A DNA stretch of 64,000 nucleotides, from assembly GCA_951406725.2 (NCBI GenBank), contig OX597814.1:162192001-162256000 (forward strand), in the 5' to 3' direction. Shown one piece after another: positions 14,116 through 28,837 of this stretch. Under the pieces are notes generated by a model. It worked only from the letters and a program-made list of their open reading frames with translations, was not told the origin of the DNA and searched no databases. Position numbers and translations under genes: made by a program. The DNA comes from Octopus vulgaris (Eukaryota). Numbering within the stretch: the first letter of the stretch is position 1; every line of letters begins with the position of its first letter.

Positions 14116-15679
14116 TTAAGACACATCTTACAGTTTTCAATAAGAAAAGACATAATGAGCAAATATCACCATAGATACAGTTCCTGAACCAAAGAAAAAT
14201 GGTCACTGGTGTAATGCTTTTGATAGCAGACCAACTTGAACAAAACTAATCTAGAGCTAAACAAGATGATGAAACACTGGATGAAAGAATATTTCTCCGA
14301 AAAAGTTTATCCAGTGAAATATTACTAAACTTTAAATTTTGAATTCCAAATTTGTAAATATTTTCTATCAATTACAGGCATTTGAAAATTAAATTAACAA
14401 GTTTAAACTATATATTTAAATAACTCCCTCTCATGTTCTGACATCCACTTCTTTCATCCATAAAACTTCTGACTGCACACTACCTCTGACTTTTTTTTTC
14501 AAGACAATGCCATTGTTCTCACTCTCAGACAAAAGGCAGATGCCTGAAAAATCAGATTCTCCATTCTGCACAGAAACTGAACTCTTCTGGGAACAGAGTA
14601 AAATTGTCATTGAAGCAAATCACCACCTGCTTCCAAGGACTAGATTTTATCATAAATTTCATTAAAAAAAAAAAAAAAAAAAAAAAAGTGACATTTTTGT
14701 CATGAGAAAAACTTTCAGTTACAAAATTACTGCATAGCTTTAGTAAACAACCTGTATATTCATCCCTCAATCTCATGGTTTCGCTCTCATATATATATAT
14801 TTGTACAAATATACATAATATGCACTCTTCTTTAATGAGGCAGTACTCAGTGTGTAATAAGGATCTAAAGTTATTACAAACTTTATTAGAAATATCACAC
14901 TACAGCTATTTCAATAACATTTGACAAAAACACTTCATTGAAACAAGTGTAATGTGGTAGATAATAAAGACTGTATGTATATTTGGAACAACAAAATGAT
15001 ATTAAATGTGAAATAACTCAAGAGAAAGAGTTGTCCCAAAATTAAGGATCAACAAATTTCATGTGAGGCTATTTCTATTTCCTTACAAATTATCCTAATT
15101 CTAGAGATAACCGTTTGGGAATTTTTTAAGCACACATTTAAATTTCCCTACAGTGACAGTTGGCCTCTCTCCAACTTGACACTAATTTGGATCTGCCTCC
15201 CCACCCACCACCTACTTCTTAAGACCATATTGAAGGTGTATTGAAACAAAACAACAACAAAAGCACATGCAGTACCAGAAAGTGTAAGTTGAGAGTATAT
15301 TGCATGGGGAGGTTGGCTAGGCATCTCTCAGGGATAGACATTTTTTTCTTAAGTTCTTAACCATTAATTACTTATCCAACAACAAAACCAAACATAATTG
15401 TCTAACTCATTTATCATAAGGTCATCTCCAAAACTAACTTAGCCATATTAACTCTCATCCAATCCTTCCATCCATCCTATTCAATGTAGGAAGATATTCC
15501 TGAAATATTCCCCCTCCCGCACAACCTAACTATCTAAAGAAGAATGTAAGGGAAAAGCGTATGGCAGAAAGCTAATACAGTAGTAGCTGTAAAGAAATAT
15601 AAAGATGATATTTTGACCCAATGTTCATAGATAAAAATACACTAACTATAAAAATAGAACAAAATAGAAGCTGAAATCA

Positions 15680-15950
15680 TCAGTTCATGCTGAGGTACTA
15701 CTTTGAAGGGAAACTAGTACTTTGTTTTTAAACTAACATCAGATGTGAAGTGGTGATTAGGGACAAACAACATAAAGACACACACACAGATAAATACATA
15801 TGAAAAGCTTCTTTCCGTTTCATCTACCAAATCCACTCACATGGTCTTGGTTAGCCCAGGGCTACAGTAGAAGACACTTGCTGAAGCCGCTACACAGAGG
15901 GACTGAACCCAAGACCAATGGTTGAGTAGTAAGCTTCTTAACCAGAGTCA
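15680..15950 (-). mobile_element. Degenerate tRNA-type SINE
   Basis: ctaccaaatccactcac...gaagacacttg...gggactgaaccc matches the SINE at 50390-50827. Confidence 0.7.
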
Positions 15951-16657
15951 CACAAGGACTCTCTCAAATCTGATTCTATTCTTTAAAAACTGCTATAGTA
16001 AACAAAAGTGTGACCACAAAGAGAATAAATTCCTGCAAAAGCAAAATAAAGGTTTGAATACATAAATATTACAGATATATTTATATAGGCTTTATAGATA
16101 TATGATAAATAAATAAAAACGTTTAATAGTGTGAAGGGGGGGTTAAACTTGTATTCTGCAAAAGCTATCAATTACTCTTATATGACACTCCCAAGTAAGA
16201 TATTTTCAAGTAAAAGCTAATTCGTTTTATTTTCAAACCAGAAAGATCCTAACATTGCAAGAATCTCATTTAAATTTCCCCCAGACCATGCATATTTAGG
16301 GATGTTCTATCTTTTTCTTTTTAAAAATCAAAATCAGTATCGGAAACTAAATTGCATGATATTCTATTTTCATCGAAGCAATTCATCCTGCATGTCTATA
16401 CTTATGTGTACACATGCACAAGCTATTTTCAATATTGTCTATAGTAATTGTGCTAAGTCATCCATTTTTCAGTTAATTGCATGTTGTAGTAACAAGTGTC
16501 TATTGCTTCATTCTCTTCTTAGCACTGTTCCTAACTGAATGAACATAGCTTTATAGCAGAATATACTCCAACTACAACCTTCATTTTGGAAGGTTGTATC
16601 AAACATCTAAGGCTGCTAAACCAAAGAACTACCATTATTCTCTATAGTCATTTTTAA

Positions 16658-16877
16658 CTCTTCAGCATTTAAACAGGTCATATCCAACCCAAATATGTTA
16701 CCCTGTTTTATGTGCTAACCAGTCAGATCCAACATATCACACTTACCCTTCAATGCCATTTTAAAAATATATACAATCACATCAAAATTTCAAAGCTACA
16801 AAATAATACACAATTAATTAGAAAGAATTTGAATGAAAAAGCATTACATTTGACAGAATAATCTGAATACTAAAGGG
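16658..16877 (-). mobile_element. piggyBac-type MITE, family 1 (inverted orientation)
   Basis: TTAA on both sides, ends ...gaatactaaaggg; body is the reverse complement of 59262-59479. Confidence 0.75.
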
Positions 16878-17824
16878 TTAAATTACATGCTCCCTTATTC
16901 CTTTATCTTGGGAGTAAGCCTAAAGATAATAGATTGGTTCCTCTTAGAATTTAGTATACCTGATACATACAAGTTACTCTAATAAGAGAGATAAACAACA
17001 GAAAATAGAGGCCAGTAGGATGTTAAAATACATTCACTTAAGCAAATATTTGTTGTGCAAGTTACAGTAAAAAAAAAAAATGACATTCAAAAGACTAAAA
17101 TATAAATATGGAACTATAAATATTTCAATTATAATGAAATATATAAACACACACACACACATATATATATATATAAACACACACACACACATATATATAT
17201 AACCACTGCAAATAAAAATACTAATAAAAAGAAAAAAAATCTATATTCAATAAAAATTTCTATTAAAACCTTTTTAACCTATTTAGTTACTTATTTTTTC
17301 ATCTACAACTAAAAAACACTAATGGATAAACTTTTTAACCTAATCCTGAATTAAAAACAGCTTATAAAATCCCAATGGTTTTTCCTCGCCCACATCAGAG
17401 TTGTTTGTTTAAGGCCGAGTCTAAGCAATCAACTCATGAAAGGGGCTTTTACAACTGTCTAAGCAATCAACTCATAAAAGGCGCTTTTACAGCTTGTAGC
17501 AAAATTTACTAATCCAGTAATGCTATTTTATTACTAATCCAATAACTATGATTCATTTACACACTAGGAGATAACAAGTCAGAATTTCCCAATTCTTTCC
17601 AGCCACTGAGTTTGATATCAAATCAATCATACAGAAAGCATGCTTTATATTAATTAAAATTTTGACACACAAAGTTATCTATTGTTCATTATCTACATTG
17701 CAGATAAAGAAAAATACATTTAAAATTTTGATACATTCTCCCATATAAAATATAAATTGGCTACACAAATTGCAAGATCAATTACTTTAGAAATATATAA
17801 TTTTAGTGTGTATGTGTGTGTACC

Positions 17825-18185
17825 CATATGGTTGTGTAGTTAGGAAGTTTGTTTCCCAACCAGTTTGGATTTGGGGTCCAATCCCATAGTGTAGAATCTT
17901 CGACAAATGCCTTCCACTATAGACCTGGCTGACCCAAACCTAATGAATTTGATAAAGTCCATCATATATTCATATATGGGTGTATATTGGTCTTGTCTTG
18001 GCATTGCATGATAATTACAAACAAACATTGTCATTCCAGCTATATCTCTCCATGGGGTAACATTGTTTTGTTTATAAACAGCTAGGGTTGACAACAAGAA
18101 GGGCATCTGGCCATATAAAATTGTTTCTCAATGAATTCTTCTTGAACCATGCAAGCATAAAAAAGTGGGTATTAAAATGATGATA
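17825..18185 (+). mobile_element. Degenerate SINE
   Basis: Head ggttgtgtagttaggaagtttgtttcccaacca and tail gaagggcatctggccat...ccatgcaagcat...aaaatgatgat, as in the 39505-40330 copy. Confidence 0.6.
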
Positions 18186-19684
18186 TCCAACAGACATTCT
18201 AATTCACAGAAATACAAAACTGTAAATTGACGCTTTTCAAAATTTTATTTGAGAATAGAAAAATCTCAATTTAAATTATCTTGCAAGCAGAATTTTTTTT
18301 TCTAATTTGATACCTCCATAGTTGTTTATGTTTTAGAGAAGATACTCTTTCAAAGATCTTTTAATAATAGTCTTTAGAATTTGTTGAAATTATTTTTAGT
18401 TAAAACTAAAACACAAGAACTTAATCAGGCAATTAGCTTTTGTAAGATAATTTTTAAATTGTAGCCTCTATACCTTTTGCAAGAAATTCATAAAAATATG
18501 TTGAAGAATAAAAAGCAAAGAGAGATTGAACAAAAATGTTTAGGAGAGATAATCATTAATTTATTTAGACTAATCTATATATACAAGAAAAAAAAAAAAG
18601 ATTATCATCATTATCTTTTGATAACTGAAATCCAAAGACTAATGAGCTAGATTGAAAAACATTCATGCAAATACCAATTTTTCGTAAAACCTCAAAAGGT
18701 ACAAAGAACACAATTCACAAAATAAAGACCAAAAATATTTTTAAAACTCATTAAAATTTATCAAATACCACATCTAAAATATGCTATGATGAGATACTTA
18801 TAAAATTTAGTTTGGAATATTCAATAGATAACAAAAATAAAATGGCAATTTGATAAATGTTTAGAAAGAAATATTTGAAGTAAAACTAGAAAAATACTTA
18901 GTAGATTACTGATGCAGAGAAAACAGAAGGATATTATTGGCTGCATCTTTTTACAGCATTAGATATGTCAAGTAGAATAACATCACTAAGAAAATTATCA
19001 CTTTATCAATAGCCAGTTAAATTACTAACCATTCAATTGATAACTATTATATAAAAATTAATAGTAAATAAACATATAAACAGTATGTATAAGAATGTAT
19101 AAGTAAAACAGAAATAAAATGCAGAAATGTTATTCTCTTGAATCTAAGCAAGTCTGAGTTGAAGCATCTAAAATTATCTTCAACAAAATATTCTAAAAAC
19201 AATCAAAATATGCTACTGAAGAAAAGAGCGAGTGAAAAGTAGAATGCAGTGAAAGTGACAGAATGGCTGACTGAATCACCTGAGAAATGTAAATTAGCTG
19301 AGTCAACTACTTAAAAAGAAAATAGCTGTCACAAAATTTCAGCAATAACAATATAAAAAAAATATTCGTTTCTGAAAGAAAATGTAAGAGTAAACTTGAA
19401 AATAATTCCAAAAATGGGAGAAAAAAAAATATCGAGCTTGATTTCAAACAAATCTGCATGTTCAAACTTCCAGGAAGTCAAAACACAAGAGACATGAACA
19501 CACACAATTAGAAAAAACTTATAAAGTATATACTATCTCACAAATCGAGATAATTAGGGAAGATGAAATAATTTTTAATACAAATAAAAGCAAAACCATA
19601 AAGAAGATTCATGTTGGAAATAATAAAACTAATAACTGAAAGAAAAAAAAAAAAGATACAGAGAACAGCAATTATGCTGCTTAC

Positions 19685-19745
19685 CAGGAATAGAGTTATT
19701 AGTTGTCTCATAGCCAGCCCTAGCACCATTCCCTATCAGCCACAT
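19685..19745 (-). CDS. RXR: Putative alternative RXR first coding exon C, MWLIGNGARAGYETTNNSIP(D)
   Basis: accATG Kozak-like start, 20 open codons plus G, then a CTG|GTAAGC phase-1 donor, in frame with the 13408 acceptor. Lies in a locally GC-richer patch of an AT-rich intron. Confidence 0.5.
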
Positions 19746-22700
19746 GGTAGAAGTTGTTTATCAGCAGTAATGCTGCTGCTGCCTTTAACAAAATATACAA
19801 TTCAGATGAGTTTCAATTAGTGAATGAGGAGGACCACTGAAGGAGAACCTAATCAATGTGGAACAAATAGAAAAAAAAAATGGGCCCAGCTGACATTTTG
19901 CTGGCATTTCCACCAGCATTCAAAAAAAAGAAAAAGGAAAACAAAAACGAAAAAGTAGAGACGGTAGTGGAGATGTAGCAACTGATGCTAGTTGTATGGA
20001 AGGTGAGAAGTAACTAACTAGTGTGAGAGGAACAGTTGTAACAGTGCCAGTGAAAGATAGCTTGCCACTTCCAGGGAATTATATTCAAAATGTAAAGCTC
20101 AAATATTTACATACTTAGAAAATTGCTTTTAAAGATCTATAGTTTCTGTAAAAGAGTATCACTCATACTATCTTCCTTTCTATGTTCAGAAAATCACATA
20201 TACAAGCTGTCTCTTAGCTTCAAACATTCAGCAGAATATTTGTAGTGTAGCTAGTCTCTTACAAAAGCCTTAAGAAATATCACACAGGAAAAAGATAAAG
20301 TAGATAACATTTAACTGGACAGAAAACAATGCAATTTAGAGATAAATCAACTGAAGAATTTGGGATAAAAGACAGTAAAAAGAGAATATTCAGAGATGAA
20401 AAAATTTCAAATTGTCTTTCAGTTATTTAACATCAAAAAAGAGTAAGCAATCATAAATTGTTATCATTCATCAGAAGATATCTTGGAGAAAATTGTGTAA
20501 TGACTATAAAAATATACTTTTGCTCACATTTAGATAGAATTTTAAAGCACAATTTCAAGAATTTTCTATAGACAAGTTACATGTAGGAATAATTAAATCA
20601 AGAATTTCTAGATGGAGTTGATATTACAACTAGAATTTAAGAACAAAAGAACAAAGGTTTATTTTTTAAAATCTATATTATATGATAAAAACTATTAACC
20701 ACTCAATTTCATTCTCTAATTTGAGGAGACTAGACAAAATAGGAAAGCAAAATTCCAGTCAGTTTGAAGTCTCTAGGGTATTTTTACCTTCTCTGGGTGA
20801 AGGAAGGAATATTGGTAAAATAACCAAAATTTTTTTTCTTTTTTACTCTGCCATTAAGAAAATTTTACCTCCAGCAATGAGATATTGAAAACAATGGTAT
20901 AAAAATGATTAATGAAGAAGCTATGAAAAAGTTATATCATTTTTCTCCCCTTTCCAATATGGGAAACTGTTTTTCATTGTAATACTGTTGAAAGCTATTC
21001 CAGTGTTTCAAGATTAATTCTCAAACAGAAAACTTTAACAATAAACAGTGGAGTTAACTGAGGGGGGGGGGATGACTAGGACAGAGAGCTCATTAATGGA
21101 ATATTTTGAATCTTTGTGAACTGCTTATAGATTAAAGTAGCTAAGCAACTAGAAAAGAGAAAAAGTCTTTAAGACTGTTTAACCCAACAGAGAGAAAAAA
21201 AAAGGTTAATATTTTAATATATATTAGAAGTTTCATAAAGTAATGATTTATTAAAGCTTTCCCTAGCTTTAATAAATCAGCAATTGCCAATTACAGCTAC
21301 TTTTGATAAGGTTAGTCAATGAAAAGAAATAACCTTGGATTCTTAATAAGAATACAATGTATTAAAATTATTTGAGAAATTCTAATATAAGTTAAAAATT
21401 CAAATATCTATGATCAAGACTTTTCATTTTAGTAAAATAGACTTAACATTTGATAAGCTATCATCTGCATGCCAATTTACCAGAATATCTCACTCAGCAT
21501 GCAGCTTGTCCATGACAGCTACAGCATAAAAGACACATTTTAAGTCAAGCCTTCTCACTAACAGCAAGCAAACTAGGTTCTCAGCAATGAGCTGAATATA
21601 GAATTCTTAAATGTTTGATGCTATCTTAACTACATGTAGAGCATTGCTGCTGATAATTATTACAACATCCATTTTCATTCACTATTTTTTAAAAACATCC
21701 TTTAGCTTTACAAACAGTTCAAATGGAATTGGAGAAACATAATTATCATTTCGGTTTACTTGTTTTTGTAATTACATCCAGCTGTCTAGCTAGAACTGTA
21801 TTTAGATCCAAACAATGCACGATTAAAACCTAAAACTATTTACTTTAGATATATTTATCACATCATTCAGTTTTTCCTTTTCTTCCTCAAAATCTTTCTT
21901 TCTATACACATGCTCAAAAAGTAAAGAAATTCCAGTCAACACAAATAGTTTACCATAAATGATTCTAATCAGTGCCAGCACTAAAAATACTGATAGACTA
22001 AAATATTCTCATCAACATACATTAGGTTGCCAAGGTAGAAAAATTTAACTACCATTGATCTTGTAGTGAATGAATGCCATATCAATACAGCCCCACCACT
22101 GTTTGCATATTCTACACTTTGGTATTTTATACTCTGAACAAAAGTGTTTACTTTTTTTTTTTTTATCTTTTTTTACTGATGCTTACAGGTCATATCTACT
22201 AATAGCTGGATCTTTACCACAACTAGGTCATCTGGATACTGAAGAACCAGGCTTTTTTTTGCGTGTGCAACCACTATTTAAAAATAAATCTAATACAAAA
22301 CAACTAAGTTTATTTAGAGAAGAATATGAATTAAGAAAAATTTGTTTACGTATTTAAAAAAATGCAAAAGAAACTGCATGGATTATGCATCCTAATAAAC
22401 AATGTTGCCAACACAAATCCATTAAAAACTATGAATAGATGTATATCATTTATATCTATAATTAGCAGTTGATTTATTGGAGCTAAAGAGACTTCCAAAT
22501 TATATCGATTTGTTCACTGTTCCACTTATATGAAAAATTTAAAAACTAATAAATGATTAGACTACACATTCATGTCAAAAATAAATAGAATTACACATTT
22601 AGTAAAAGATTAATTTATATTTTTAAGAAATCTTCAGAAACAACTTTAAAAAATTCTTAACAATGTATTGGATATGAACCCAACCCCACTCCCTCTGTAA

Positions 22701-25700
22701 TAGGATAATTATAATTTCTTTAACTTGCAGCAAACACAAGATTATTGATTGAAATGAAAAAAATTCTTTATTCATTAATAGAAGAAAAGATCTACAGGGA
22801 AAGAAAACAGAAACTAAAATCTAAATAATACTATTATAGAACACAGGAAGAATATTGAATGAACCAAGATGAACAAATCTTTTACTGACTTCATTATTGA
22901 ACTATTGGCTATGCTAGGGTACTACCTTCAAGGATTTTAGTTTATATGAAACCCAGTACAGTGGTACTTATTAATAGAAAAAGAGAGCAAAGTAAATTTG
23001 ACCAGGTCAAAAAAGAGATGAATACTGCAAAGAGAAGGTGGCAGTGATTCTGCCAACTTTTCCTTTTATATACCCACAAACCTACACAGGTGCTACACTG
23101 TGAGATTAAACCCAGAACCCACCTTGCAATTGTGAATCACTTCTTAGCAACACAGCCATGTCTGTCTGTACTTATAGGATTTTTTTCTTCACAACTAATA
23201 CTATAACTACCATTTTTAGAAACAGTTAAAACAAGCAGCAACATTGAGGTTAGTTAATAAGATAGAATTTATTGTTCTATTTTGACACATCTTTAAGTAA
23301 TATATTACCACCTTGTAACTATAAAGATATATTAAGCAATTACTACAACCTTCACCATTGAAGCAATTATTGCTCCACAATATCAGATGCAACTCAAAGC
23401 CAACCCTCTTCTAATTATTAAAGTATACGCTATTTTTTTTCTCAGAAGATTATGTAGATGAAAAAGCTGTATTTTGAATGACATAGCAATAACAACAATT
23501 GCAATAAAACATATCTACAAAATACATTTTAATATCTATTGAACAAAAAAGAATGTCAGAATTGATAGCTATGTCATTTTTATAAAATTGTTAATTTTTT
23601 TCGTACAAAAATGTTGAGCTAGCATTTAAATTTAAGCTAGTTTATCAGACTGGACATAAAAGAATCTGAAGAAATATTTTCCAAATATAAATACTTGATA
23701 ATATGAGATGAAGAGATTTATTTAGCTTTTTTAAAGTTTCATGCGATTTTAGTGAAGGGGAAAATATCTGAAACAGCTGAAATATAATTAAGAAAAAAAA
23801 AAAACCGAGTTCAACATTTGCCCGCCCACTAATCTATCACTGATAAAGCATCTTTATCAAATTTTCACAAGATCCAATAAATACCATCTTATAATGAAAG
23901 TTTCTCAATCAAATAACAGAAAGGGTAAAACGTGGGAACTTTCAACCCATTTACAAAATACACCACATAAACATGTGCGTATGCACATACACACACAGAA
24001 ACATGTACAAATACATACAAACACAGAAACATACGTACACATACAAATACATACACACACACGATATACATAAGCATTCAGTTTATTTATTTTTTTAGTG
24101 TGAGGTGATGGCAAAATATAGTTTTTTGAGCTATCAGAATGTGTAGAGCACAAGCAGTCTCGAAGAAAAAGAAATCAGGAAAACAAATTATCAGAAACAA
24201 ATTTAAAAAATATAAATTTTTAAACTTCTCCATAAACATTAAGAATGCATATAAAAATATAAATTTGTAAAAACATTCAAATGCTGTATTTAGTTTTGCT
24301 TTACGTTCATTTTTAACTCACACAAAAATGTAGTTCAATAAAGTCAAACTTGAAAACCAAATCTGACCATAAATTGCTATTACACCACCTTTGGTTTTAT
24401 TTTAGTCTAACCTTTGGTATATTGATTGAGCCCCTCCCTAATCAATCCTGTGATTATTTTTAAAACGCAAGTCATTAAGTATCAAACAACACTTTTCTTT
24501 AATCAATATAAGTTGATATTAACACATTGTTGCATCATAAAATCCTGCTTTGAGATAAACTAAACATACAAAACTGAAACTTATATCTAAGTAGAAAAGA
24601 TTGACAATTTTGCAAATACATTTGCATAATCTAGCTTCTTAATAGTTCTTATTTTTTAACGTACATTTGACCGTATCAAACTACTCGATTCAGAGACACA
24701 ATGTCAATGACCAAGCTTGAAGTTTCTAGCCATCCACCTTTCATAATGGTTTAGCTAACCCATAAAATCTGACGACCAAGTAAATACAGCTTGAACTCTT
24801 CTATTCATATTTGTACTGCTGTTTCTTTATTCAGCCTATTGATTCAATTCTATAACAAGTTTCTGCTCTCGTGGAGATTGATTACAGTAGATTCATCCAT
24901 AGATCGAATATCAGTGCCGCTTTAATATCTTCCTCCCATGCCTACCGCTTGCGCTGAAAATAACGTGATAGCTTTTAACAAATTTGATAATCAGGTCAGA
25001 TTAGGCTGACTCAGGTGTCTCCTCAACATGCTGACATTCGCCAATTATACAAGATACATACTGGATGCTGCATACTGAACGGTCTTCGTAATAATAATAA
25101 TAATAATAATAAAGAAAGAAAAATAATATCATAGTATAATTTTTTTAAATCTCTACGAATGAAATTTCATGAAAATACACTTTGATAATGATTTGCTCTT
25201 ATTTAATTTCTTAGTAACGAGATCTAATGAAACGTCTCTAGTTCTGCATAATTACAATGTTCATTTCGGGAACATTCTTGGTGTTTCGTTGAGACACTTA
25301 GAAGAATCGTCTAAGTCTAGAGAACCGTAAATACCATTATCTTTACATCATTAACATCTCTAGAATCTAGATATTTGTAACAATGTTAAGTTACTATTGA
25401 ATAAATTAAATTGTTCTTCCACATCAAAGTATTTTTAAAACTCCACAACGGCCATCATGAGATTAATTCTCTACTTGAAATAATAGCATCTGCAAGCAAA
25501 ATCTTCGTGTCTGCGGTGGGGAACAGAATATCATGTAATTTAAATCCATGAGAAAATCTTAAAATGCAGATTTGGGGTGGGTGAGAGTACATTTGTTTTT
25601 TTTTTTTTATAAATCAAATAGGATTTAATTAGGACTCATATTAACCGGAATAATAGCAGGGGTTGGTTGGCAATATAGTAAAAAAAACATTAAAACTAGA

Positions 25701-28700
25701 AAATGAACATGAATTAATAAAAAGGCAAGCTTCCGCATACACTTCCGACTTGTGACATGCAAGTTTCCTAATGAGATCCTCTTGATCATCATGAACAGCT
25801 CATAGGTAAAGAGGGAGTCAGGAAGTCAAGAGTAGCTAGCAGAGCGAGATAACTAAATGTATATTAGAACAGATCCCCTATAAACAAGTCATTCATTAAG
25901 CATTAATGCATTATCAAGACTTCTGCTTGTCACAAAAGTAAAAAAAAAAAAAATTTAAAAGGCCACATAATCGTCGATTATTTTATTAAAGAGTGAAATG
26001 CTCAACCAAATGAATGAAATCTACATAATCTATGAAATTTATTGAATCCCCATACAACATGAATATCTTAGCATACAGTGATTTTTCAAAAATAATTAGT
26101 GGTTATATTCCATTTCAAAAATTTAAGTTGCTCACTTTAAAGAAAACTATCCTTGACAAATCTGTCGAAAAAGTAAATAAGATGAAAATCAAAACAAAAA
26201 ACTAATGATCTGAAACTAAAGACTTGTAAAGAAACTTCAACTGTTTTAATGAGCTTTCTTAACACAAAAAAAGCATCTCCAATGGGAAAATATATACCCA
26301 TTATCAACAGAAGACTCAAAAGCTACTATAAAAGTAAATAGCATTTTTGGGGAAAAAAAGAAGAAAAAAAATGAAAGAAAAAGGTGGGGTGGAATCATCT
26401 TATTGACTTCCTATACATTGACAATCCATGTTTAGAACGAAAGAAAGGAAACGAGAAAGTAAACAAGATATATCCTTTGACACAAGCAAAGAATTGAGTA
26501 AACTGTTCATGTGTTCGGCTGTGACGACAAACAATAACGGAAAATATAGTTTATTGTATACATAAAGCAGCTAAATTCTAGAAGTATCGAATTAAATCGA
26601 AACGAATTAAATGCAATATAGCCAACTTTTTTTTTTTTTAAATAATTCATTTTGGATTAATTTAAGTTGAGATATAAGTCTCAAAAATTAGCTTCACGTG
26701 GGTTAAGGGATTAATTTTTATGTCTTTATGTCGCTGAATTAAATGAGTCTGGGAAGTGATAGGCAAGGACCTATCATGATGGATCATAGAGCAATCAATC
26801 ATAGGTAAAATATAAAACCATTCTATATATATATATAATGGAGAGAGAGAGAGAGAGAGAGATGAACCATATTTGCATGCCTTATGCCTGCTTAGGAATA
26901 TAAATATACACATAAAGATTTCCTATCTCTAAAGGTATGCAAATAAAATGGTTCACCTATTAACTGGTTATGTTACACTTAATAAAACTTGTGGTTTCAC
27001 TTCGAAATAACGAAAATATGGTGGGGTTGAGACAAAGTCAGGCATGTCTTCAAATAAATATCTATCAACTACAATGTAAGTCATTACGACATTCGCATCT
27101 AAGTTAAAAGTCAATGACATCAGAGTTATTTTCCATTAAAAAAAAAAATAATCGAAACCTGTGTTTCGGAACATATCTAATTTTTGCCATACAAAACGAA
27201 GTGAATTTCTTCATGCTGTAAATGTAAATAGGATCGTCTTGTTTGCATCCGTCTATGAGCAGCGACATTAAACAATGTGAAACTATGTCATTTAAATGAG
27301 TAAGAAACAACGATATTGGAAAGCAAGCATTAAGAATCTAGACTTCTTTCCACAACAGCAAATATCAACAATAAGCAGTTCGCCTATGTGACTACATGAA
27401 AAAATGTGACACAGCAGCGAGCGAGAGAAGGAGAGAGAGAGATATAAAGTGAGAATGATTTCAAGTTTATATAGCAACTATATGATTTAGTAAGCGTAAA
27501 TTACCATTAATTCGGACTAGCTCTACTCCACTTGCCCCCTATCTCAACATAGTCGTATTTAGTTGATGGAATTGAGAGAAATAACAGCTTACTTTACAAC
27601 CATAAATAACTGTTCTCCACAGTTGGCTCTGCCATTACTATAAACATACACATAAATGTGCATATGTATATACATACATACACGTTCTTTTTATAACTCG
27701 ACTGTCTGAGACAGGTTGGCCTACATTTACTGTCGGGGTCCACTGATCCGAATATGCTTAAGCTGTTTCAATCCACTACACACAACATATTCTCCCAGAA
27801 ACGTGATATTATATGGACGATTCATTTTAGTCAGAAATTATTAAAATACGCTGATCCTACCCTATTTAACTGAACTTTAATCGAAATAAAAAATAAAAAA
27901 TTCTGGGAAAACGGTAAATATTTTTGTTCAGTGAATGAAAAATAGGAATATATTAAATATCTCATAACTGCTAAAAAGAAACTTTGAAGAATATCTTTTA
28001 TTAACCGTTCACATTCAGGTACAGCAATTTATTGGGGTATTATTAATATGGAAATTGGCAGATAATAGTGAAGCCAGTGGAATGAACGTGAAGCCGCAAA
28101 TGTCCAATAATTACCAGGCCGAAGACCTAATTCTAGCAAAAGAAGAGGGCGGATGGATGGATAGATGGATGAATATACATATATATATAAACAGCGGCTA
28201 AGAGTTAAAAGATATTAGTCCTTAGAATAGAAAAGGGAATTCCATAAACAACATCTATTGAAGTTCAGCGAGATATCACACTAGCTCGACGCAATGGATC
28301 GTGCATGTAGTATCAGTTATGCGTTATCTCTGAATAATATATAGCAAACAAACATTTCTAGAAATGATAATAGAGGCAGACAACACAAAGATGTTTACCT
28401 TTACAAGTAATATTGGGTTAGCAGAACACACGTGCCGAGAACACTTTATTTTGAAATGGTTTAAAATAGAAGATGAGATGATGGCGGCTACGAGATAGTC
28501 GACTCGACAATGCAGTGTATACACATACATTTCATAGCTGAATAAACGGAATTTAAATAGGGGATATGCTATTAAGATGTGATAAACGTCATAAAATTTT
28601 ATTATTATTAATAGTTACTAATTATAACTTGGTATAAACATCATATTCCACGTGTTTTACGGAGGCAACATACAATGTAGGGGGTAGTTGTGATATGTGT

Positions 28701-28818
28701 TATTATACTCCAATATCACATCATTTAACTTTGAAGCTTTTACAGATATGTAAAAAGACTCGCTGGGGAAAAGATATAAAGGCACACATTCAGGAGGCAG
28801 AAAAAAACAATTGCTTAC

Positions 28819-28837
28819 CTATGTCTGAAGTATCCAT
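28819..28837 (-). CDS. RXR: RXR first coding exon A, MDTSDI(D)
   Basis: ATG GAT ACT TCA GAC ATA G|gtaagc. The phase-1 donor joins AT ACT TTG GAC to give [15 protein letters not shown], resembling the MDxSE..DTL/DN N-termini I recall for other molluscan RXRs. Confidence 0.8.

Noticed and set aside
24660-24960. Acceptor-like ttattttcAG followed by GC-richer sequence, possible cassette exon
   Set aside because: The 8-nt microexon option breaks frame and the longer readings hit stops in all frames; more likely a decayed repeat or regulatory DNA.
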